Source of the DNA: an archaeon
GTDB lineage: Archaea > Iainarchaeota > Iainarchaeia > Iainarchaeales > CSSED10-239
Reading direction: 5' to 3'
Length of the DNA: 32,000 nt
Assembly (NCBI GenBank): GCA_035390665.1
Contig: DAOOUC010000002.1
Location: 60,001 to 92,000 of the forward strand
The stretch's first letter is position 1. Every line of letters starts with the position of its first letter. Shown piece by piece: positions 25,831 to 32,000 of this stretch. A model generated the notes under the pieces. It was not told the DNA's origin. It worked only from the letters and a program-made list of their open reading frames with translations, and did no database searches. The translations under genes were made by a program, and so were the position numbers.

Positions 25831-25918
25831 ATTAAAAATATATTTTAGTTAATTATTACTATAATATATAATATATTTAGTCTTTTAAATGTTTTGGATA
25901 TTAAATATTATAGAAAGT

Positions 25919-25991
25919 GGTCCGAATAGTGTAGTGGTTAGCATAGAGGACTGTGGATCCTCTGACTCGGGTCCAAATCCCGGTTCGGACC
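25919..25991 (+). tRNA. tRNA-His (anticodon GTG) with encoded G-1 pairing to C73; no encoded CCA
   Basis: Folded by hand. The acceptor is GTCCGAA/TTCGGAC with an extra 5' G opposite C73. The D-arm is GTGT/GCAT. The anticodon arm is GAGGA-CTGTGGA-TCCTC. The T-arm is TCGGG-TCCAAAT-CCCGG, and the T-loop reads TCC where TTC is expected. Confidence 0.85.
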
Positions 25992-26015
25992 TATTTTAAT
26001 AAATATAGAACTATC

Positions 26016-26567
26016 ATGTCTTGGGAAATTGCTGAAAGGCCAGGGTACTTAGGAAAGAAAAGAGACGAAGTATATGCCATTTGGGATAATCTTTATGGTA
26101 AAGACAATTGGAAAATTGCATATCAGTGGGGTAATCAAATAATTTCTAAAGAAGAAGGCATTCAGGTTTATGAAGATGCCTATTATGAATATTTAAAAAA
26201 TAATCCATTAATACTTGAGTGGTTGACAAAAAGGGCATCAGATATTTTTGATACTGCACCAACAAATACAAATTCAGGATTGGATTATAATAATCAAGAA
26301 ACTCCAAATAACCATATACACGACATAGCAATAAAAAAAGCAGTTATAAGAAATAACACAACATTTCAAGGAAATCAGGTAATGGAAGTCAGATGGACAG
26401 ATAGTGAAGGATTTTTTCTTAATCCCGGAATTGTTCCATTTCACAAACCCGAAATGATATTAAAAGAAGAAATAAAAGATTATGGAAATAAAGGAATTTG
26501 GTGGAAAGAAAACACCATAGAAGACTTTTACCAAAGAAATAAAGTATTATTAATGAGGAAAATTTAA
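26016..26567 (+). CDS. Hypothetical protein (183 aa)
   Basis: The open frame has typical local codon usage (MSWEIAERPGYLGKKRDEVYAIWDNLYGKDNWKIAYQWG…). The ORF-track start at 25953 lies inside tRNA-His, so I trimmed to the ATG at 26016. I recognise no family. Confidence 0.5.
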   Translation: MSWEIAERPGYLGKKRDEVYAIWDNLYGKDNWKIAYQWGNQIISKEEGIQVYEDAYYEYLKNNPLILEWLTKRASDIFDTAPTNTNSGLDYNNQETPNNHIHDIAIKKAVIRNNTTFQGNQVMEVRWTDSEGFFLNPGIVPFHKPEMILKEEIKDYGNKGIWWKENTIEDFYQRNKVLLMRKI

Positions 26568-26860
26568 TGAAATATAATAAAATATGGATATTTCTTTTAA
26601 TAGTTATTTTTATAGCAGCGATAATAATTATACTTACAAACATTTCAAAATTAAAATCCCCTTGTAATGAATTAACATTACCTGGAGGGTACACTTGTAC
26701 AAACTTTAAAGTTGTTAAGGTTTTAGAAAACACAACTTGTAATGGGTATAGAGAATGTACAGATAAATTGCCAATAGAATATGCAGTTATGTCAAGTTGC
26801 CCACATCAAGCAATATGTTTAAGCAATAAATGTACTGTAGTTTGTCCAAATCACAAATAG
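26567..26860 (+). CDS. Small signal-anchored/secreted cysteine-rich protein (8 Cys)
   Basis: An N-terminal hydrophobic helix (IWIFLLIVIFIAAIIIILT) is followed by 8 Cys in 65 aa. The gene is joined to the upstream stop in a TAATG, and its own stop lies 1 nt before tRNA-Thr. Confidence 0.5.
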   Translation: MKYNKIWIFLLIVIFIAAIIIILTNISKLKSPCNELTLPGGYTCTNFKVVKVLENTTCNGYRECTDKLPIEYAVMSSCPHQAICLSNKCTVVCPNHK

Positions 26861-26861
26861 T

Positions 26862-26935
<74 letters not shown>

Positions 26936-27007
26936 TGATTTCTAATTCTTTTACAAAATTAACATTGTTTATATATTTTTTGTTAATAGATATATTTGTG
27001 ATAAATT

Positions 27008-27814
27008 ATGAAACTATTATTTTTAGGAACCGGTGGCGCAATGCCAACTCCAAGGCCTTTTTGTCAATGTGAAACTTGTAAAAAAGCAAGAACTATTGGT
27101 GCACCATATAAAAGAAATAGTTCATCTCTATTTATCAAAGACATAAATACAGTGATTGATTGTGGAGAAGATATTGCAAGTTCATTAAATAGAGAAAATA
27201 TAAAGAAAGTTGAAAATTTATTGATTACACATTGGCATCCAGATCACACTTTTGGATTAAGAGCAATAATTGAAGCTAATTTTAATTTTAGAACAGGAAA
27301 ACCAAATCAAGTAATAAATCTATATATCCCTAAAAGAGTATACATTATGCTTAAAGAAAAATATCCTTCAATTGATTATTTTATTTATGGTCAAAAAACA
27401 GCAAAATTACATCTAATAGAAGATAATCAAGAATTAAAATTTAAAAATATTACAATTATTCCAATAGGATTTACTGGAAAGAACTCAGAAACTTATGGAT
27501 ATTTGCTTAAAGAAAAAGGCAAAAAAATATTATATTCTCCATGTGATACAATTGGTTTTAAAAATTATAAAAATCAAAAACAATTAGATTTATGGATATC
27601 TGAGTGTGGATTATTTTCAAAAGTTTCAACAGAGATTTCTTTTGAAGAAGCGACAAGAAGAATAAAAGAAATAAAACCAAAAAAGGTAATATTCACACAC
27701 ATAGAAGAAATAGAAACTAATATTTGGAAAGAAAAGCATTTCTTAGATCAAAAGAAGAAATATCCAGATATTGTTTTTGAATATGCAAAAGATGGGCAAA
27801 TAGTTAATATTTAA
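27008..27814 (+). CDS. MBL-fold metallo-hydrolase (PhnP/COG1235-like)
   Basis: The HxHxDH motif is present (ITHWHPDHTFG), as is the N-terminal Cys cluster CQCETCKK typical of PhnP-like members. Confidence 0.75.
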   Translation: MKLLFLGTGGAMPTPRPFCQCETCKKARTIGAPYKRNSSSLFIKDINTVIDCGEDIASSLNRENIKKVENLLITHWHPDHTFGLRAIIEANFNFRTGKPNQVINLYIPKRVYIMLKEKYPSIDYFIYGQKTAKLHLIEDNQELKFKNITIIPIGFTGKNSETYGYLLKEKGKKILYSPCDTIGFKNYKNQKQLDLWISECGLFSKVSTEISFEEATRRIKEIKPKKVIFTHIEEIETNIWKEKHFLDQKKKYPDIVFEYAKDGQIVNI

Positions 27815-27863
27815 TTTTTTACAAAAAATATTCTATTTAAAACTATTTGTTTCTATTTTATTT

Positions 27864-28337
27864 ATGAACTATAGACACGGAGTTTCGGCTTTTATTTTAA
27901 ATGATAAAAAAGAATTTGTAATGGTGCTTGGTCTTAAGAAAAATCTAAATGACCCAGATTACTGGAAGATTCCTGCTGGTGGCGTAGAAAAAGATGAAGA
28001 TTCAATAACTGCATTAAAGCGAGAATTATTTGAAGAGATTGGAATTACTGAAAATGATTATGAAATAATAGGCAGAAGCAAATACACGGATAAATTTACT
28101 TGGCCAAAAGAAACAAGTCAAAGGAAGTTTGAAAAAAAAAGCATTTGGTATGATGGTCAAGAAAGAGAAATATTTATTTGTAAATTACATGATTCTAATT
28201 TTAAATTTAAATTACAAGAGGAAGAAGTTGCTGGAATAAAATGGTTTAATAAAAATAATTATGAACCGATTATCTTGTTTCCAATACAGGTAGAAGTTAT
28301 GCAAAAAGTAATCGAAGAATTTAAAGAATATTTTTAG
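27864..28337 (+). CDS. NUDIX hydrolase
   Basis: The Nudix box is GGVEKDEDSITALKRELFEEIGI (GX5EX7REUXEEXGU). Confidence 0.82.
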   Translation: MNYRHGVSAFILNDKKEFVMVLGLKKNLNDPDYWKIPAGGVEKDEDSITALKRELFEEIGITENDYEIIGRSKYTDKFTWPKETSQRKFEKKSIWYDGQEREIFICKLHDSNFKFKLQEEEVAGIKWFNKNNYEPIILFPIQVEVMQKVIEEFKEYF

Positions 28338-28345
28338 GGAAAAAT

Positions 28346-28825
28346 ATGATAATAAAAAACAAATCAAAACTGAAAAAAATAATAGAACAAGCAAAATCAG
28401 AGAATAAATCAGTTTTAATCAAAAAAGGAGTTTTTGATCTAATCCATCCAGGGCATATTTTTGCAATAGATTTATTTAGTAAAAAAGCAGATATTGTAAT
28501 AATATTAATACAATCAGATGAATTTACGAAAAAAAAGAAAGGAAAAGAAAGACCAATAAATCCACAATTACAAAGAGCACAAGTAATTGATGGAATTAAG
28601 GGTGTTGATTATGTTTATTTGGATAAATCTAATTCTAGAGAAGAATATATTACATTTTTAAATTATTTAAAACCAACCATTTTAGTAGTAACTGCAGAAA
28701 GCAAAGCAAAAGATAAAGCATATTCAAGTAAATATTGGAAACTAATAGCAATACCTGATAAAAAAGATTATTGTGTTTCGACAACAGAAATAATTAACAG
28801 AGTCCTTAAAAATTATAGAAGATAA
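28346..28825 (+). CDS. Cytidylyltransferase-like (HxGH) nucleotidyltransferase, possibly RibL-type FAD synthase or a related adenylyl/cytidylyltransferase
   Basis: GVFDLIHPGHIFAI carries the (T/H)xGH motif. The ~159-aa size and the downstream RP.NP..QR pattern resemble archaeal RibL/TagD-like enzymes. Substrate cannot be assigned from sequence alone. Confidence 0.62.
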   Translation: MIIKNKSKLKKIIEQAKSENKSVLIKKGVFDLIHPGHIFAIDLFSKKADIVIILIQSDEFTKKKKGKERPINPQLQRAQVIDGIKGVDYVYLDKSNSREEYITFLNYLKPTILVVTAESKAKDKAYSSKYWKLIAIPDKKDYCVSTTEIINRVLKNYRR

Positions 28826-29668
28826 TTATATATCTTCCATCACTGGTTTTCCTGGAATGAATTCACAAGGTAATCCCAACTTTTTAAAGTATTCAACCAT
28901 TGCAATACAAGCAAACTTTTCTGTGGAATAATGTGTTCCACCTAAAACATTTAATTTTCTTTTCTTTGAAAAATCATGTGCATTTTTTGAATAATCGTTT
29001 TTTGCTGTAATTCCAGTTATAAATAGATTACAATCTTTTGGTATTTTTTCTAGAATATCTAAATCGTTTCCACCACCAGCAACAACAGCAACCTTGTATT
29101 TATTTAATTTATCTGTGCCGTACTTATAAAGCATAGACTTATGTCCTAAGATTTTTTCAAATCTTTTCTTAATGTCAGAAATATTTTCTAAATCAATTGT
29201 TCCAACAACTCCACATAATGCTCCAAAATATGGAGCAAATTGTGTTTCTACTTTTATATTTAATTCTTTACAAAGCGTGTTTGTTGTTGAGTATTTACCA
29301 AAGTTATCTAAAGGAACATGTAGATTATATACCGAAATTCTTCTTTTTTTCATCATCTTCAAGTCTTTTTCAGATATTGAAGTAAATATTGATTTCTTTG
29401 TAATATCCCACACCATTGGATGATGAACAAACAATAACACATCTGTTTCTTTTTTAGAAAGTATTTTTTTTAATACTGCACTTTCTGGAAAAACAGCAGT
29501 ATATACTTTTTTTATTTCTGTATTAAAATCATAGACAATACCCATTGACCTTTTCTTAAAATTGGGAGAAAGATATTTGTCTGTCCCGATTTCTTTCCAG
29601 TCATCGCTAAGACCACGTCTTGCAATAAAATCAATTTCTAATTTGTCATATAAATTTTGTGCATTCAT
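28826..29668 (-). CDS. NIF3-family dinuclear metal centre protein (GTP cyclohydrolase 1 type 2 homologue)
   Basis: Motifs LLFVHHPMVWD and GGTHYSTEKF are present. I trimmed the start to the ATG at 29668 (MNAQNLYDKL…). The ORF-track extension to 29806 adds a hydrophobic leader and overlaps the divergent GNAT gene. Confidence 0.75.
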   Translation of the reverse strand: MNAQNLYDKLEIDFIARRGLSDDWKEIGTDKYLSPNFKKRSMGIVYDFNTEIKKVYTAVFPESAVLKKILSKKETDVLLFVHHPMVWDITKKSIFTSISEKDLKMMKKRRISVYNLHVPLDNFGKYSTTNTLCKELNIKVETQFAPYFGALCGVVGTIDLENISDIKKRFEKILGHKSMLYKYGTDKLNKYKVAVVAGGGNDLDILEKIPKDCNLFITGITAKNDYSKNAHDFSKKRKLNVLGGTHYSTEKFACIAMVEYFKKLGLPCEFIPGKPVMEDI

Positions 29669-29720
29669 AGTTAATAGTATAATGCTAATAATTTTAAATG
29701 CTTTGTAAATTAAATAAATT

Positions 29721-30248
29721 ATGAAAATCAAGATAAAAGATAAAATTTTTACTTGCCGTTTCGCAACAGAGAAGGATATTGATGCAATTAATAAATTTGA
29801 TATCAATATTTATAGAAAAGTAAATCACGACTTTTATTTTAGACACACAAAAACAAAACTAAAGAATATGATGTCTAATGGAAGAAAAATATGGCTAGTA
29901 TTTTACAAAGATAAACTAGTTGCCTGGGCAGGTATTGTTCTTAATATGGATGTCAATTGGGCAAGTGATTATAATCTTTCTGAAAAGCAAATGCTAGATG
30001 TTGGGGATATGGTGGCAACTGCGGTTTCTCAAAGATTTAGAGGATATGGTCTTCAAAGATTTTTAATAAAAGAAAGAGTAAAATATTTTAAAAAGATAAA
30101 AAAGAAATATGTAGTAACTGATGTTAATCCAAAAAACAAACCATCGGAAAATAACATTCTTGCCTGTGGGTTTAAATTTACTAAAAAATCAAAAAGTAGA
30201 AGAAGAAAAAGTAAAGTGATGTTAAATCATTATATTTTAAAACTATAA
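29721..30248 (+). CDS. GNAT-family N-acetyltransferase
   Basis: Acetyl-CoA binding motif A reads VATAVSQRFRGYGLQRFLI (Q/RxxGxG/A), and the 175-aa size fits. Confidence 0.6.
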   Translation: MKIKIKDKIFTCRFATEKDIDAINKFDINIYRKVNHDFYFRHTKTKLKNMMSNGRKIWLVFYKDKLVAWAGIVLNMDVNWASDYNLSEKQMLDVGDMVATAVSQRFRGYGLQRFLIKERVKYFKKIKKKYVVTDVNPKNKPSENNILACGFKFTKKSKSRRRKSKVMLNHYILKL

Positions 30249-30322
30249 TTATTTAAAAACAAACAATTATAAATAGTTTAATTCATAAGTATTAAGCTAT
30301 AATTAAAAAGGGGGTTTTAAAA

Positions 30323-30505
30323 ATGGCATTATTAGAAACAATTTTAGGAATACTTGCACTTGTTGCAGCAATATGGGTAATATATGATGTATTCACAAAC
30401 AACAAGAAATTAAAAACAGAAATGAAAATATTATGGACTGTTCTTGCAATTGTTTTTAACATCATTACAGCAATTGTTTACTATTTCATGTACAAAAGAA
30501 AATAA
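30323..30505 (+). CDS. Small two-helix membrane protein, PLD-nuclease N-terminal (PLDc_N)-like
   Basis: The 60-aa product has the pattern LVAAIWVIYDVF……KILWTVLAIVFNIITAIVYYFMYKR. A GGGGG-containing SD-like site lies 8-12 nt upstream. Confidence 0.5.
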   Translation: MALLETILGILALVAAIWVIYDVFTNNKKLKTEMKILWTVLAIVFNIITAIVYYFMYKRK

Positions 30506-30514
30506 GTTATAAAT

Positions 30515-30547
30515 TGCCCAAACTTTTGGGCATTTCTTTTTTATTTT
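30515..30547 (+). terminator. Intrinsic-terminator-like hairpin (TGCCCA-AACTTT-TGGGCA) followed by a T-rich run
   Basis: Read directly, 10 nt after the stop at 30505: …ttgcccaaacttttgggcatttcttttttatttt. Confidence 0.5.
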
Positions 30548-30616
30548 AAAACCTTTTATAATGGTTTTGTCTCATAAATATATATTCTATTTTTAGAAAG
30601 GAGAGAATGATTTAAT

Positions 30617-31192
30617 ATGAGTGTTAAAGAAAATGATTGGATTTCTGTAGATTATGAAGGAACATTAAGTGACGGGCAATTATTTGACTCAAGTAAAGGC
30701 AGAGAACCATTAAAATTTAAAGTTGGAGCAGGGATGGTAATTCCTGGTTTCGATGACGGAGTTGTTGGAATGAATGTAGGAGAAGAAAAAACAATTGATA
30801 TTTCTGCAGAATTAGCATATGGTCCAAAAAATAATGAAATTGCTAAACTTCCAAAAGAACTTTTAAATGGTATAAGCGACCTTCAAGAAGGAAAAGAAAT
30901 AACAGTAATGTCTGGAGTTGGTCCATTATCTATATTTATTTCAAAGATTGAAGAAACAACAATTGATGCAATCTTGAATCATCCATTAGCTGGAAAAGAT
31001 TTAAGATTTAAAGTAAAACTTTTAGAAATCTTATCTCCAGAAGAAGCCGAAAAACTAGAAGAAGAAATGCAAGCACATAGTTGTGGCGGACATTGTTCAA
31101 GTTGCCATTCTGATTGTTCAGAAGAACACGGAGATGAGTGCGATTGTGATGAAGACGATTGCGATTGTGACGATGAAGACGACGAAGAATAA
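30617..31192 (+). CDS. FKBP-type peptidyl-prolyl cis-trans isomerase, SlyD-like, with a Cys/His/Asp-rich C-terminal tail
   Basis: The FKBP core is DGQLFDSS…PLKFKVGAGMVIPGFDDGVVGMNVGEEK…YGP. An insert-in-flap segment follows, then HPLAGKDLRFKVKLLEI. The tail is HSCGGHCSSCHSDCSEEHGDECDCDEDDCDCDDEDDEE. Confidence 0.85.
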   Translation: MSVKENDWISVDYEGTLSDGQLFDSSKGREPLKFKVGAGMVIPGFDDGVVGMNVGEEKTIDISAELAYGPKNNEIAKLPKELLNGISDLQEGKEITVMSGVGPLSIFISKIEETTIDAILNHPLAGKDLRFKVKLLEILSPEEAEKLEEEMQAHSCGGHCSSCHSDCSEEHGDECDCDEDDCDCDDEDDEE

Positions 31193-31204
31193 TTTCTTCT
31201 AAAT

Positions 31205-31323
31205 CCCAAGAAAAATTCATTGATTTTTCTGGGCCCAGAAAACATTAGTTTCCCAAAGAAAATTATTAATTTTCTTGAGCACATAAAAGCTTTGCTTTTA
31301 TTGTGTCTTGGGTGTCTTTTTTT
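31205..31323 (+). terminator. Cluster of three bulged hairpins ending in a T-run, forming a compound terminator between the FKBP gene and serS
   Basis: Hairpin 1 at 31205-31233 is CCCAAGAAAAAT…ATTTTTCTGGG. Hairpin 2 at 31254-31277 is CAAAGAAAATT-ATT-AATTTTCTTG. Hairpin 3 at 31280-31305 is CACATAAAAGC-TTT-GCTTTTATTGTG. TTTTTTT follows at 31317-31323. Confidence 0.45.
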
Positions 31324-31388
31324 ATTAAAATAAAGCTTTTTATATTCTTTTGTTCTTATTTTATCTATAATATATATTGTGATAAATT

Positions 31389-32000
31389 ATGTTAGAATTA
31401 AAATTTATTAGAGAAAACACAAAGAAAGTTAAAGAAAATATAAAAAAGAAAGGAAAAGATTTCCTTTTGCCCTTAGTTGATGAACTTATTTCTTTAGATG
31501 AAGAGTATAGAAAAGGTATCATTCTAGCTAATGATCTTAAACACCAAAGAAATTCAGTAACTGAAAACATTGCATTAAATAAACAAAAAGGCCTTCCTGT
31601 TGATGATTTATTAGAAAAAGCAAGACAATTACCTGAGAAGATTAAAGTTGTAGACGAAAAACAAAAAGAACTTTATGAAAAAATAATTGATATTCAAAAA
31701 AAAATACCAAATATTATTTCTAAAAAAACACCAATAGGTAAAGACGATACTGAAAATAAAGAAATCAAAAGATTTGGAGAACCAGAAAAAAAAGATTTTC
31801 CAATAATTAACCATGGAGAAATTGCAGAAAAACTTAATGTTGCTGACTTTGAAGCAGCAAGAAATGTTTCAGGAAAAGGATTTTATTACTTAAAAGGCGA
31901 TCTTGCACTTCTTAATAGGGCACTAATCAACTATGCTCAAGACTTCTTAAACAAGAAAGGATATATTTATGTGCTTCCACCACAGATGATAAACAAAAGA
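31389..32000 (+). CDS. serS: Seryl-tRNA synthetase, N-terminal 204 codons; continues beyond the window
   Basis: My own translation from the ATG at 31389 gives MLELKFIRENTKKVKENIKKKG…DELISLDEEYRKGIILANDLKHQRNSVTENI… (the tRNA-binding coiled-coil arm), then FPIINHGEIAEKLNVADFEAARNVSGKGFYYLKGDLALLNRALINYAQDFL. The frame is open to the window edge. It is absent from the ORF track because no stop is reached. Confidence 0.85.
   Translation, partial: MLELKFIRENTKKVKENIKKKGKDFLLPLVDELISLDEEYRKGIILANDLKHQRNSVTENIALNKQKGLPVDDLLEKARQLPEKIKVVDEKQKELYEKIIDIQKKIPNIISKKTPIGKDDTENKEIKRFGEPEKKDFPIINHGEIAEKLNVADFEAARNVSGKGFYYLKGDLALLNRALINYAQDFLNKKGYIYVLPPQMINKR

Noticed and set aside
25953-26015. The ORF track gives an N-terminal extension of the 26016 CDS.
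   Set aside because: The extension starts inside the tRNA-His gene (25919-25991). I trimmed to the first ATG downstream of the tRNA.
29669-29806. The ORF track gives an N-terminal extension of the NIF3 gene, plus internal + strand ORFs at 29172-29423 and 29197-29385.
   Set aside because: The extension is a hydrophobic leader not seen in NIF3 proteins and overlaps the divergent GNAT gene start (29721). The ATG at 29668 gives a typical NIF3 N-terminus. The + strand ORFs are antisense shadows.
30979-31284. Minus-strand ORFs 30979-31284 and 31008-31220 have poly-Ser/Gln-rich products.
   Set aside because: They are the antisense reading of the GAA/GAC/GAT/TGC-rich acidic tail of the FKBP gene and of the hairpin cluster. 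No independent support exists.
31361-31814. Minus-strand ORFs 31361-31570 and 31629-31814.
   Set aside because: They lie antisense to a clear seryl-tRNA synthetase N-terminal coding frame that is open to the window edge. Their products are Phe/Ile-rich and low complexity.

Overview
The window is strongly AT-rich and archaeal. It carries eukaryote/archaea-type ribosomal proteins (S19e, L39e, L31e), aIF6 and prefoldin alpha. GGTGA/GAGGTG Shine-Dalgarno-like sites are present, and the tRNA-His has a genome-encoded G-1. The small, tightly packed genes with Lys/Glu-rich tails suggest a reduced DPANN-like archaeon, but that is inference only.

Layout:
1. 321-6893 (+): a translation and protein-targeting cluster of S19e, L39e, L31e, aIF6, PfdA, FtsY, a small membrane protein, SRP54 and an A24 prepilin/preflagellin peptidase.
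2. 6932-8032: tgt.
3. 8033-11384: a bacterial/phage-flavoured nuclease islet of RadC-JAB, a truncated KilA-N, a DUF1016/YhcG PDDEXK nuclease and a 4-Cys Cas4/RecB-like nuclease.
4. 11385-13669: a membrane protein and a membrane-anchored thioredoxin-fold protein.
5. 13691-25830 (-): the standout locus. Three consecutive giant genes (831, 1113 and 1807 aa, about 11.3 kb) each begin with an archaeal class III (type IV pilin-like) signal peptide. They are built from DUF2341-like and LamG/ConA-like lectin modules. The largest carries about 24 NHL propeller blades that appear to be inserted inside a LamG domain. An HD hydrolase and a small HicA-like gene follow tightly on the same strand.
6. 25919-26935: tRNA-His, two small CDSs and tRNA-Thr, with almost no spacers.
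7. 27008-32000: small housekeeping enzymes (MBL hydrolase, NUDIX, cytidylyltransferase-like, NIF3, GNAT), a SlyD-like FKBP with a Cys/Asp-rich tail, and the 5' part of serS.

I saw no rRNA, CRISPR array, integrase or transposase. All functional calls rest on motif recognition by eye in the supplied translations; no searches were run.
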